From contig NMRA01000247.1 of assembly GCA_002633005.1 (NCBI GenBank), positions 317,847-381,846 of the forward strand: 64,000 bases of DNA. The letters run 5' to 3'. Under the pieces are notes generated by a model that saw only the letters and a list, made by a program, of their open reading frames with translations, did not search any database and had not been told where the DNA came from. Below, piece after piece: positions 25,001 to 40,000 of the stretch. A program made the translations under genes and the position numbers. Every line of letters begins with the position of its first letter. Position 1 is the first letter of the stretch. The stretch comes from Phoronis australis (lineage: Eukaryota > Animalia > Phoronida).

Positions 25001-28000
25001 AGTACAGAACACAAATGCGCTAAAACCATTAAAATTGTATTAAAAATTCTCCGGATTGAGACAATTTCCAACATTTGGAACACTGAAATTTGAGCTGAAA
25101 TTGATTTTTCGTGACTCTGAAATTGTGATATGGGTGATTTTTGCGTGTATCATAAAGTTTCTTTTATCAATGAAAAGCAGACCATAAACAAGGACACACT
25201 AACTGTTGTCCACAGTGTGAACAGTCTGATAGCTCTCCATAATACACAAACTAGAAGGTTGCGGTTTCTAAACATCGAGACAGCTAACCAATTTTACATC
25301 AAAACAATGACCACAAACTTGTTAACAATGACATATAATCTAAATCAATAACCACGGATGAGTGGAGATATGTGGGTCCTCATACGAGACACAACTCAGA
25401 TTTTGGATACATTGTATGGCACCTCTGACACGGCTAAATCCAAAAAAATTCCTAAAATCATTTCCTAACCTGGGGGTAAATATACACAGCATAAGGGACT
25501 TCTATTGTCAGGCACAATGTAGAAAAAATTCCTAAAATTTCTATTTAATTTATATACAAAAATCCTTTCATGTTGATCAACTCACATTTTTACAAGAAGT
25601 CTTGCCATATCCATTCTGATATTCTCCTGCAGGACACGGCACTTCAGCCTGTGTACTGTCTGCGCACTTGTGACCTACGGACAAATAGTACAGAGTTATA
25701 GCACTATAATACAAACATTGCTGAATACTGTGAAACTGAAAATCTTTATGAAATGAAATATGCAGTGGAAACCATCACGATGTACATCACATACAGCAGA
25801 AAGTAAGGATAAAACTTGGTAGCCAAGGTATTAGAGAAGCAAATAAAAGGACCTCTCATCAATCTGTTTGATAAATCTTAGTTTTGAACCTTGACAATCA
25901 TCTTGTCAATGTGTTTCATAACCTATCAACCAGAATACCTTGAGAGCATTGTTGACACTCATTCTGCCCCGTTGAGGTTTGAATCCACCCTGTAGGGCAT
26001 GGCAGCTGTTCGGTCATGGCGTTGTAGGGACAATAGTGTCCCTTGTCGCAGGGGACACAGCCGGAGGTTGCGTTGTTGGCATACGTTCCGTTGGTACAGA
26101 GCTGTGGCGACTGATCCTTGTTGGGGCATTGATAACCACCGGGGCAAGGTAGGCAGGAGATTTGGTTACCAAGGGAGTAGTAGCCAGAGTCACACGGTTC
26201 CACTGGAAGAAAAGACAACATTGACATGGCTTCAGCATAACAGAATCAAAGGGTTTTAGAAACACACCGAGATAGGGCCCCCATGGAAAGCAGTGTGAAC
26301 TGATGGAGCAAACCTCATGGTAAGTATTAGATTAATAAATAAATAATAAATAAATTATAAATAGGTGGGATCATTAGTTACATAAAAAATTGGGGAAACA
26401 AGATTTCATTCAAAATAACTAAGGACCCTTCATGTCTTTTTTATTATAATAATAATAATTAAAGTTTTGAAACACTAAACATTAATAAGCAATTGAGCAC
26501 ACAAGTCACCTAAGATAAAAGTGTGCTCAAAATCAGCGCACAAAGATAGTTTAATTAGTAACCAACAACAATAACTATAAATAATATCAAAATACTGAAT
26601 ATCAATTTCAATCTCCTCTCATGTTGGTCTTTTTGTCCCTTCCAAGGAAGGCAATCAAGTTCCATTTAGATTAAAAAAATTAGTAAAAAAAATAAATCGA
26701 TGGCACAAGCTTCTCCAAGGTTTAACTGTACCAGTGTTGCTCACAATCCAAAATTCAATTCTTCAGTCAGATAGATGGTATTACTTACACGTGGCTGTGG
26801 TAGGACACTGGCTCCCTGCTGGACACTCAGAACAACTACCTGCACCTTCAGACAGCTTGTACTGACCAGGCTTACATTCACTGCAATGCTTTTGACCACC
26901 AATGCTGAAGAATAAAATAAGTGAAGGGTAAATCAAATGGTTACCTCGGCAACACATATTTAATGAATTCATTGTTGAAATTTCACTGATGATGGTTGAA
27001 CTACAAGAGAACTGCGATGCCTCAATGGAGGTTTGCACTCACAGAGAGCTTTATATTTAAGCTGATTCAAAAAGAAACATAACGTCAAAATTGGAAGACA
27101 TGGAAAGACTTTCAACTACAGTGACGTGGTGGTGGCGCTGGTGGGGCTGGCAGTGCTGATGGTGCTGGTGGCACACTGGTAAAGGAGTTGTTTGCAAGCA
27201 GCAAGATTGATGAGATCGAGTGAAGATTAGATCTCTAGTACTTCACAAATATGATTTAAAAAGACCTCGTTTCTGCAACAGCATCAATACGAAAATTTTT
27301 GTTACCAAGACAACGGTCAATATGAATAATTATTGACTGACAGAAATATTGACTGCTGGTTAGTTGAAAACCTCAAAGTTTGACCACATAATATATTTAT
27401 AATAAAAATATCAACACCCACAAGTTTATTATAGAGTCTTAAAGCAAACCAGTTATACAGCTTACCTGGTAAATCCAGCTGAGCAGTTGACAGGACTGGC
27501 TGCCACATCAGGACACTCCATACCAACAGGGCACGTAGTACAAGAGGACTGACCAGACTGGTCAGCATAGGTACCATCTGCACACATCACAGCATCCATC
27601 CAGTACTCTTTGGAGTAGTAACCCTTATTAACAGGTACAGGAGAACTACTTGCACTAGCACAGCTTTCACCTAGGATCAAAGCAGATGTAATGGTACACA
27701 CAATTTCAAAATGTGGAATTTCTTGGTTTATGAATCAATGAGGTCTAATGAATGTTAGACATTTAAAATTGAGAGAGCAAAAACGACGCTGACGTAAAAT
27801 TTAAAGAGACATTTGTCACAAGGTGAACAATTTGGCCCTACCACATTGGGATGCGTGCATTTTTACGGCTGCCATAATTTTACGGGGTATTGAATTTTTT
27901 GGGTATTAGCCAGATGAATACCTTTGCAAAGCTTTCTTTCCTACATATCTGAAAAATGGTTACATATCTAATAAAAAATTCAAATGAGAAAATTTAAAAA

Positions 28001-31000
28001 TGAATTTTCACACAGTACATGATGTGATGCTGTTTCAGCATTTCTCACTATAACTTCAGCATTTCTCACTATAACTTCAGCATTTCTCACTATAACTTCC
28101 AAAGTCTTAACCAAAAAAAAACATTCAAATAGTGAAAAGAAATTGTCAGCTGTAAATACCTGCTGGACAGGGGAGACAATCCGTCGCTCCGGGTGTTGAC
28201 GCATAGGTTCCGTTTACACAGCCTTGTTGCGTGCTCATCCCATTGGACGGACACTCGTATCCCGCAGAACAGTTGGAACAAGCATCAGAACCAGCAGCAG
28301 CGTAAGTGCCCGCGAGACAGAGAGTGGGGACAGAGGTGGTGAGCCCAGCGCAGGCATGACCCTCGGGACATGTGAGACAGGAGGTGGAATTCTCTAAACT
28401 ATACTTCTTGGTCCCACATTCAGTCTTAGTGGATGCAGAGCAGTAATAACCAGCAGGACACACAGAGCAGCTAGATGTAGCCTCACTGGCAGCAAAAGTC
28501 CCTAAATGTAAAAACGTTGTTATACAAGTCATACTCACTCACGATGTTAAGAGCACAGCAAACTCTTCTTTCAAGCAAAATCTAAGTCGAGTTGTGCAGA
28601 TACAAGAATGTTACAATGAAAGTTAGCGTGATCACATGTTTTGCTTGTAATTCATGGCAAAATCTTGCAAAGAATTGCGTGATCTCGTGTTTACAAAGTT
28701 CTCCTGTCTACGGAACACATATCCGCTCTACACATATTGGACATCAGTGTGTACATCTGGGGCTCATTCCAACAAAGCTGACGAAGTTAAGACAAATTTG
28801 TCTCAAGAGCATTTCATTAAAGAGATTTTAAATTTGACGCGAGTTTTTGACATACGTCTTGTCTTAGTTCTGACTAGCTTGCCGGATGTAGAAGTTTCAA
28901 AGTTCGGAAGATAACTAAGACAAATCTTAGACTTCAGTCAAAAATGAGCTATTAAGAGAAAGTTCCCTGCTCTATAGGATGCTATAGTGTAAATCTGTTC
29001 TACAGGCTAGTAAATCAACGGACACCAGCGTCAGTGACTCGGATGGCAATTTGGCAGAACCAGATCCACTGAAGTTAATACTTCAGAAAACATACAATAC
29101 CAATAGATTTTGATTACCCGCAGGACACTGGATACAGCCCATCTCCAGCTGGGCACTGTAGTAGCCAGCCAAACAGTTGACCGGAGTGGATGATGAAGAG
29201 TCACACTGTTGACCAGCAGGACAGGGCAGGCACGACACTTGACCAGTTTGATTCTGGTAGTAACCTGTGGAGGACAAGAGTGTTGTAGTGATCAAAAAAG
29301 AGTGTACAGGTTATCAGAACCTGGACATAAAACAATGAGGATAACTTCCATTCAGCCATAGTTTAAGAGCAAACCTATTTGGTATAAATGGAATTTACAA
29401 AGATTACATTCATCATATGATTGTTGCATCTAAGCTTCATATTTTAAAAGCTACCTGATGTGTTCATGTCCAGTATCGTACTGAACAAATTACAAACTAA
29501 TGAACATTGGCACTATTTGGAATAATCACATTCAAAATCTGCATAGTATTGACTAGAGACAATAAAACATAAAATGTCCAGCCAATTGTAAAGTTGCACC
29601 TTAACATCAAACCTTTCTTGCTGGCCACTGAATAATCATAAGAAATATGAATTTAAAGAGCTCCTCCATTCAGTCCATATGAGCATCTAATTATGACAAA
29701 AGAAACAAGAGCAACGCAGAGCGTTGAAATGCGCCCACAATTGCACCGCATACGGTATCCTTCTAGGGTTGTTTATTGGTACCATAAAGTGGCCAGTAGA
29801 GGGCATACTTTGCAAAATGGAAAGGCATGGTCATTGTCTCCTCAATAGGCTACGGGCAAAATGTGAGTAATCTTCATAATACAAGCACATCCTATACACC
29901 AGTTGCTTAAAGCACCNCGTACTGAACAAATTACAAACTAATGAACATTGGCACTATTTGGAATAATCACATTCAAAATCTGCATAGTATTGACTAGAGA
30001 CAAGAAAACATAAAATGCCCAGCCAATTGTAAAGTTGCACCTTAACATCAAACCTTTCTTGCTGGCCACTGAATAATCATAAGAAATATGAATTTAAAGA
30101 GCTCCTCCATTCAGTCCATATGAGCATCTAATTATGACAAAAGAAAAAACAACCAACATGCGGAATGTTAATGTGGTAACGAACACCATAAGTTATAATT
30201 TTGTTTGCATACATTAAAATGTGCTCGACAGTTATGAATATTTGTGCAATGTTACCACAGAAAAAATACCATGCACCTTACATATCAAAACATCGATGAA
30301 CAAAACCATTAGGGAGCAACAACAGGTTAATTAAATGGGATGCAAAGAAACAAATGTGTAATTCTACAGGATTCGGTGTTAGTAAGGTAAACAGTGTTAG
30401 TGTCGCTTTGTCATCTCGCAAAAAGAGATTTTCTAATCCACATTAACAAGAATGCATTCGGAGCCCAGCACCAAATACCAAGCTATGAGAATAGCATTGT
30501 ATAGCATATTGTCTGAAATGACAAAAGACATGCCACGCAAACAAGGAAGCAGTAAAAACCCACAAGTGTCCCATTACAGAGCTCATCCAAAACTCAAAGC
30601 AAAGAAATATTTTTCAGCAAATAAGAGAATTGTACTAGTACCCTTTGCAGACCAACAGATATATGTGCATTGAGATACTCAAAACAGTTCAGAAGACAGC
30701 AGCACCCTCTATGAGGGCAAGTCAGTCAATCCATGCCAGGTTGAAACACGAGTAGTGGAGCACCATGCAAATATTCAATAGGCTTGTCAGCGATAGCAAT
30801 AAGTTAGAGGCTGCACAAAAGGCGCTCGTTTCTCTTCATCGCACACTTTACACACAGAGACACCCCCCGTACTGTAAGTGCCCTTAGAACAGTCCTGGGC
30901 TGTGGAACTATTGCTACAGAATTGACCGCTCGGGCAATTCACACAGGTTACTTGACCGGGTGATGGTTGATACGTTCCTCCTTGGCAGGGGCTGCATACG

Positions 31001-34000
31001 GTGTCACCAGCAATAGAGAAGGTTCCTGCTATGCACATGGTGGGTGTTGCAGCAGGATCAGTACAGTCATAACCTGCATTACATGTCTTACAACTGTCTT
31101 TCTCACTGGCGTCTTGATAAGTCCCATTAACACAGGGGAGACACAGCTGTTCCAGAAAAGGACTGTAATAGCCTGGGTCACACGGTGTGGGTGTGGCTGG
31201 TGGAGTCAAACAGCTGTGACCAGCAGGGCAGTCGTGGCAGCTTGCCTGACCAGATACATTCTGAAACTGACCAGTGCCACAAGGGACACAATATGGACTA
31301 CTGCCAGATTGTCAGAAAGTTCCTGCTAGGCATTCAACTGGTGTCAAGGATGGATTCTCACAGGAATGACCTACAGGACAGGCCAAGCAAGTCCCTTGCC
31401 CAGTTTGATTCTGATAGGATCCATTCGAGCACATCATACAACTATCTTCACCTAATGTACTGTATGTTCCAGCAAGACAGTCTGTTGGTGTTGCAGCCCT
31501 GTTGCCACAACTATTTCCTTCTGGACAATCCAGGCAAGATCCTTGACCAGTTTCGTTCTGGTATGTGCCAACAGGACATTCGTAGCAGACCGTTTGACCC
31601 ACAGGACTGTACATGCCCAAGTCCCAATCTTGTGGAGTGACTGGCAGTGGGACAGTTTTTGCCAACAGGGCATTTTATGCAAGAAGCTTGTCCAGTGTTA
31701 TCTTGGTAATATCCTAAAGTGAATTGGCAAGCAAAACAATCTTTCACACTAAGCATAACAAATTGCTGAGCTTCTTCAATCTATGTCAACTTGCTTCAGT
31801 TTAACATTCTGTGAGAATCATAATTTTGCTTAAAATATCAGGTTGCAACATACTCCAGACTTGTTAATACTCAGGTTATTTAAGCTAAAAAAAATGAAAA
31901 AGCAGACTACACATTAAGGTGAGTATTGGCATTGAGTAATCAAAGTTGGACATATATCTAAATGCTCAACCAGGTTAACACCAATGAAAACGCCATCCAT
32001 GAGTTTCGCTTTCAACTCTTATACTTCCCAACCCAAACACAAGCAAACTTATGGGATCACTCAGTTTAAGTCACAGTATTTGAAAGCTAAAACTCTCCAC
32101 AGGTAACAGCAAGGTTCTTAACATTTGGGAGGTGGGTAAGATGTGTAGAGAGGGGCAAAATTTAATTTCATCCATAAACAAGTATTTTGAGACGAGACAT
32201 TTTTGAGTGACTTGTGCTTCATTATGTTGCTACTACTAATATCATAATTCATATTCCAAAGGGCTGTGAGTTCATATGGTTAATAATGGTCGGTTCTCTT
32301 CAGGCTTTGTATCACTTTGCTACATTGCAAGAACCAGTTTTTCATATGATAATAAGAGTGCAGTCGCAGCCACTAACCTAATGTCAAGATAAATAAATAG
32401 CCCAGCAGTGCAATGAGTGGCCTGCTAGAAGACATGCAATGGCAGACTAAGAACCTCTCCAACTGCAGGGCATATCCAAATTCACAAGCAGAGGCATCTC
32501 CTTGTAAACAAGACAATTCTAATGCTACAGTTTGCGGACTTTGCGGACTTTCAGAAATGAACAAAGCAGGCAGTTGAAAACAGTGAGTAAAACACCCATA
32601 TATGATATTAGTACAGTCAGATTCGTGGCATACATGACAGTGTTCAGTAATAGTGCAGTGCAGTGTAGTGCAGTGGCTTGTGCTCACCAGGGATATTAGC
32701 TACAGAGGGAGGATACAGGGGACTCGTTTACCTGCGTCACATGCTTTACACACAGAGACACCCCCTGCACTGTAAGTGCCCTTGGGGCAGTTCTGGGCAG
32801 TGGAACTATTGCTACAGAACTGACCACTCGGACAATTGACACAAGTCTCTTGACCGGGTGATGGTTGATACGTTCCTCCTTGGCAGGGGCTGCATACGGT
32901 GTCACCAGCAATAGAGAAGGTTCCTGCTATGCACATGGTGGGTGTTGCAGCAGGATCAGTACAGTCATAACCTGCATCACATGTCTTACAACTGTCTTTC
33001 TCACTGGCATCTTGATAAGTCCCATTGACACAGGGAAGACACAGCTGTTCCAGAAAAGGACTGTAATAGCCTGGGCCACACGGTGTGGGTGTGGCTGCTG
33101 GAGTCAAACAGCTGTGACCAGCAGGGCAGTCGTGGCAGCTTGCCTGACCAGATACATTCTGAAACTGACCGGTGCCACAAGGGACACAATATGGACTACT
33201 GCCAGATTGTCGGAAAGTTCCTGCTAGGCATTCAGCTGGTGTCAAGGATGGGTTCTCACAGGAATGACCTACAGGACAAGCCAAGCAAGTCCCTTGCCCA
33301 GTTTGATTCTGATAGGATCCATTCGAGCACACCGTACAACTATCTACACCTAATGTACTGTATGTTCCAGCAAGACAGTCTGTTGGTGTTGCAGCCCTGT
33401 TGCCACAACTTTTTCCTTCTGGACAATCCAGGCAAGATCCTTGACCAGTTTTGTTCTGGTATGTGCCAACAGGACATTCGTAGCAGACCGTTTGACCCAT
33501 GGGACTGTACGTGCCTGCATCACAATCTTGTGGAGTGACTGTGGCAGTGGAGCAGTTTTTGCCAACAGGGCATTTTATGCAAGAAGCTTGTCCAGTGTTA
33601 TCCTGATAATATCCTAAAGTGAATTGGCAAACAAAATAACTCTCTCACAACAAGCATAACAAAATAATGTGCTTCTTGAATCTCTAGCAACTAGCTTCAA
33701 ATAACCCCTGAGATTCATAATTTTGTGCGAGATATAGTACCAAATTCGTTCCAGATAATGCCAAGGGAATTTAAGCTAGGAGACTCAAAAATCCGAGAGT
33801 AGGCGTTAGTCAAAAATGGGAATTCAAAATAAAATTTTAAATTATCAACAATGAGTAATTGTCCAAATAATCAGCTGGTTAAATCCTTAAGGAGTTGAGC
33901 TCTAAACAGCTTCTCTTTCAATATGGTTGCTGGCTAATGTGAGTGCAGAAGTCGACAAGTCAAACTGTGGTGAATTTTCTAACAATTGGACATTTCACTG

Positions 34001-37000
34001 AGCAAGGGTTTTAACACAAACAGATACGGCACAGTTAAAATGAAGCATTAATGTAATATAATATAATAATAGAAGACTCAAAGCTAATAAATTCACTCTT
34101 GTGAGTTAGTGCAACGGCTACTTTAAAGTACAATTTACATACAATTAATTTGAAAGCTTGCCAATAAGATCAACAAGACTCAAAATGTTTGAAAGCAGGT
34201 GCACTTTTCTCAAACTAATATGGACAGAACCTGGCAAAGGGGTTCAAACGTGTGTTCTCAAATACTGTTGGTAATGCCAATAGATGAGATTTTTTTAATG
34301 TTAATTACTATGAGGTTAATCATGACTCAGTCAGCAAAAATGGACAGGGTCCTTAAGTATTAGAGTCAACCTAAGAGTCTCTACTTAAATTAAAAATCCT
34401 TAATGTACAGTACTGGCAAAACAATGCAAAAACATCACATTTCTTTCAAATAAGAAGGTCAACTCTCAAATCTGGAAATTAAAGCAATTAAATAGTAATG
34501 TTTTAACCAGACTGTGACATAAGTGTTTTCTGGTTTCATACCACCAAACATGCCTTAAAATGACAAAGCAATAGAACTCAGTACCTTGCTGACAACTTGA
34601 GCATGAAATTTGACCTGTGGATGCATGCTGTCCTGCAAGACAGGCTGTGGCTATTGTCTTATCAGAGCACTGATGACCTTCAGGACAGGTCAGGCAGGAA
34701 TCACTCTCTGTTGCATTCTGGTACTCGCCGTCCGGACAGGCTACGGGCTCTGTCAGACCAACACTTGGGCACTTATGACCTGAATTGCAAATATGAAAAA
34801 AAAAATATAAAAAAGCATATACTGTAGATTGTTTCCTACCCAGTTTGAAAGATCAAAGAACCTTTCAACCCATTTTCTAATGATACAGTACTCTCAGCTA
34901 ATTGTTTTATTTTTGGTATGTCTGTTAAGATATTAGAATGTTTTAAACAGTCACCAGTTATAATAACAATGTCTTTGAAGCCCGTTTACAGTATGAGCTA
35001 TTTCTAAAAATAAGCCCACCCAAGTACAACTTCAACATATCAAAGGGCTTGCATTGACAACGACGTGCCAGTTTTTCAGCCCCTTTCTTTGTCTCACCAC
35101 TTAGAAGTCTATTTCAAAAGGTATGTACATAATTCACTCTTGGCATATGCCAGTACAGCAAGATCACCAGCAGAGACATCCAAGTGGTTTGTGCGCCAGA
35201 AGTCATCATCAGGAACCTATCAAATGTTATTATGGGTGAACCCAGCTGACTTGGCATATGTCGGCAGAGTGAAACAAGTGCAGCCAAAGACAATGTTGAA
35301 ATGAGCAACAGATACCTTTTGGACAACTCTGACAGCTGGCATCAGTGGACCTCCTATAGAAGCCTGTGTTACAGTTGATGCACACGGTCTGACTACCATT
35401 TGGTTCTGTACCAGCAGAACAGTTCTGAAAATAAAGGTTATAGTTGTCAGAATATCAATTTAAGATAAATGCTAACAGGTATTAGACACATGGTGATGAA
35501 ACTTTGAGCTGAAAGCTTTTGAGCCAAAGGATTCCAGATAATATACAGACTCAGTTTTCGAATACAACTTGTCCAGTGAAACTCTACAGTAATGCGTGAT
35601 TATGACGAACGTCATAAACCCCATGTAAGGGTAGGACATCTGTTACCTTGTTTGAATAACTCACTGGACTGGTACATGCAATAGGCTTAGCGAGCGTTGC
35701 CCCTCTGAATAGTAATTTGCATGCCAGTAGCCTTTGAATGACAATGTCTACCCTGAACCTATGTTTGTGTGTTTGCTTTGAGCTTGAGGTGGGATTTTGA
35801 ACGTCATTCGTGCCACGTCGTTTGAGACATAAGCAAGTTTTTATGGTTCTGCTCTGACTGCCTATGTTACTGTTCTTGATGTTGCGAGTGCCAATTGTGC
35901 ATATTCATTATAACATAGAGCATAGACTGTGATAAACCACTAAAACTCAACGTGTCTGTTTTGAAATCAAGACAAGGCATGGCAACCACTTCATCCCATT
36001 GCAGACCAACGCTACATGTGTTGCTATTATTGTAACATAAAAATTACATCAAACCCACTTTGGAACAAGCAATTGAAAAGGAAAGTAACCGTTTCTGATG
36101 TTACCTTTAGAAAAAACATTGTGTTGTTATGCTGGAGAGTAACATAGAGTAGGGTAGTGGAGGCAGCAGCAACAAAGACAAAAGCCAACATTGACACATC
36201 TACACTGTGTATTGTGACATTCACCAAGTTATGGACAACTTGATAACAGAGACTTACACAGCGTGGGACTGCTAGATGGTTGGTATTTTGACTTAAGTGT
36301 TATCCATTGCCAGTTGGAAATCTTAGGAAATTCTTTTTATAAGAAAACTTTGTGGGGATAGCTACATGGCTTTTGTTGTGGCTTAGTGTTCTCTACGGCC
36401 TGCTTTGATTCGTAACATTGGGTTTGAACTTAGCCATTTCGAGTTCAGCTTCTTCGCGTCAGGTTTGAATTTCAGGCTTGAATAATCGTGAATTGGGATA
36501 AAAATATTGTCTGTTGGATTCAATTTTGCAGTCTCGCAACAATGAAAGCCCTGGACTTCGTCATGACATTTTCCTACTAAGTAATCCAAAAACAACAGAT
36601 ATTAACATAAAAAACAGCAGTGGTAACATGTCAAAGTATAAAGCAGACGTAACTCTTGTGGTGCAACGTGCACTAAGCCATTCACCAACGCATATGCAGT
36701 TTGGTTAAAGGAACTCACTCTGCACTTAAGTTATTGGCATGACACTGGTGTCAAACATTGCCAAGGAAATCTGAGGAAATTCTCTTAATAACAAAACTTT
36801 ATTCGGGACAGCTGGACGATGTTCACTGTCATGGTTTTTGGCATTGTAACCTTAGTGTTGCATCTTAACATCAAAAAAGAAATTTTCCAGTGACACCAAG
36901 TCAATAAAATAGGACAACTGTTCAGCCAACAGATGTCACCAAAGAAAAATACAATTCAATACATAAGCCCAGGGTTTTGAGTTGGGCACCTGTACCATGT

Positions 37001-40000
37001 GCACAGTAGCATGGTAGAGAACTACTAGGTAGAGTTAACGAGACAATTTTTACATTGCAATCCATGGAGACTCGACAATAAAATACAGATATCTCATAAG
37101 TAAATGGTGAAGACAGCACTTGATAATACAATTCCTGTAGTTAGCTTTCCACAGCTCTCGACTTCCATGGTCAGCTGGTGTCAAGGTGAATGGTAATAGT
37201 AATAACTTGACTTTACCAGATACGTTTAAGATATCCTATCATACACTGAGTAACATTTTAACTCAGGCACCAAAGATGAGACTGCGATGCGAGAGTTTCA
37301 GGTTCAATTTCACAGTGCGGCTGATTTCAGATAAAAGATTTCTCTACCCAACTTTAAATAGTCCCGATATTAGTCATCTTATTTACAGAATCCCTATCTG
37401 TTCACCACTTTGCCTCAAAATCCAACAATGCATAAGTTTGTCTTATACGGAAAAATGTCTCAGAAAGAAAATATCCGTTAACAATGACTTTACACCTCTG
37501 TCTGATTGGTCAGTGACGCTAATTCAATTTTCATCTGGCAGATGGTTAATTCCTTAGACTTCTTGAAGAAAAAGCAAAACCACCCCAACTAAGACGGACA
37601 AAACAGAAACAAAATACAAACATAGAACACACAACCTTTACCTCTGCAGTCATTGTTGTTGGGCAGATGAACCCAGATGGACATGATGTACACGTGGTCT
37701 CTCCCTCCAGTGAGTACGTACCAGACGTACACGGGGTCTGTGACGTGGCCCCAGAGCATGAATAACCTGCCGGACATGAACGACAGGCAGCAGAACCTGC
37801 ATCACTGATGGAACCTGATGGACACGCTTGACAGGCACTCACACTGGATGATCCACTGTTAGGGTTAAAGGTTCCAGCACTACATGCCTGTCGTGCTGCC
37901 CCACCACCGGAACAACTGAATAAAAAGAAATGAAAGTCAAACGTTACATTGTTGTTGGCAAATGGTGATGATGAAGCCTGAACCTACATACACAAGTCGA
38001 AAACATATAGGGTAAAGCCTTACCGGATGAAAATAATTCCCAAGTTCCCTCTTTTTCATTTTTCAAGAGCTTCTAAAATCGTTGATAAAGTTCACAATTT
38101 TTTAAAATATTTATCTAGTCGTAGGTATGGTATAGACCATTAACGTGGAAAAGTCACAATTTAGGGGGTACATTTAATTTGAGAAAACTGGGAAAATAAA
38201 AGTTCACTTGTCCCCCATATTGTGTCTTAAATTGGTGAAATATTTTTGTAAGTGCATAAGTGACAAGAATTCTCACTTGGATCATAAGACTGGAATCATA
38301 CAACAGCAACAAGTAAAAACAACAAAGTGGTTTTCAAATAAAAGGTTTATACCATTATTTCATCTGTGACAAAAATAATGAGATTTTCACAGAATTTTGA
38401 CAACAAACCAAGATTACACGGAAATAAAGTGACCAATGAATGTAATATACCGACCTCTTGGAAACTGTTTTAGCATTGTAAAATCCCTTTAATACCGGAT
38501 AAATATAATTGCCAAAATCACGCTTTTTTCATAAATCAAAGACTCGTAACATTGCTATGAATGCAGCAGTTTCTCAAAACATTGTCCTATGTTAGCTATG
38601 ATGTACGAGTTATGACAGTTGAAAAACCTTTATTTTGTTCTATCTTTTCTGCAAAAAGTGGAAAAATAAAAGTTTGCTTCTCCACCATATTCTGTCCTAA
38701 ATTTGTTAGATTTTACCGTACCATTTGCTTGACGTTACCTATGTTGAAATTGAGGATTTAGAAATAAATACCAATACTATTAAATAATAGTTCCAGTGGT
38801 GGAATCATCTTACACGTAGTAACACCCTATCAAACATTTCAACCCATTGCTAGACAACAGTCAAGATAAGCTTTAAGACCAACATCTCAATAGGCCCTGA
38901 ATACACCTAACTGAATGATTACAACGGTAATATAACTTTGTTCAAATAGCAAGCCTCGATAAGATGAGTTCACATATCTTATCAGCTTATGACACAGAGC
39001 CAGGACAAGGATTTTTTTAATACGACCATTCAGCCAAACAGTTGAGATCTTAGCAAAAATTTAAAGCGATGAACACGATGAACACGAAGATGAGTTTTTA
39101 TATACTCTATGTGGCATTTGATCCATCACATCAATGGTGAAAAAAGCACCAGAATATCAGAAATGTTAGTGTTCTCAGACTTTGGGCTTTCTTGTATTGA
39201 CTTATTTTAAGAAAAAATTACATCAAAAGGCAGGAAAAAAACTTTATTTAGGCCACTAACTACATTATAAAATCATCAACCTAACCTCATATTGTTCCTT
39301 AGTTGGATTAAAAGTGATTTCTGCATTTGAGAAGAACAAGCACGCAGTTATTGTTCAAGACCAGACCTATCATACTACTTGTCACAGAGGGTTGTAGTAA
39401 AACCTCACCATTTATGGCAAAAAATATTTTTGCAATAATAAATAATTTTTCATTTTTCAAAAGGCACCTAACATTGCTGGGAATGCCTACAAATCCCCAG
39501 ACTCAATGTCTGATGGTAACTGTGGTAGGCACCTTAAAAAATGATACAGCATTTATTTGGTGCTACTTATCTTCTATGAAAAAATGAAAAAATAAAATTT
39601 CCCTTATCAGCCATATTGTGTGCTAAATTGATGAGATTTTCCAGTAGTTTCAGTCACGAAGAAAGAATGGTCATCACAGAAATTTCTGGCAATTTGTTGT
39701 AAATTGACAAAGGATAAGAAAGCCATGACACTGATTTGGAAGACTGAATAATACACATGTGAAGACAGTTGATGTTTTAACATCATTACATGGTTTATGA
39801 ATTTGGCATCTGAAGTGACAAGTATCATTTTTAACACCAAGACATTTTACGTGACATGCATCATTTTTCTGGGTACACAGGTAAACTTCGAGTTTAAATT
39901 ATTGTAAAATATGTACGGTGTTTTCTTTATTTGTTCGTACACTCTATTAGTTCGTACAGGACCCTTGAAACATGGCATTTGTCTCCAATAGTACGTAAAG

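Noticed and set aside
31312-31314. In-frame TGA as selenocysteine or readthrough
   Set aside because: It is CGA(Arg)>TGA relative to the sister exon, not a cysteine position, and it co-occurs with a frameshift and a dead donor. The other stops are TAG at non-cysteine positions.
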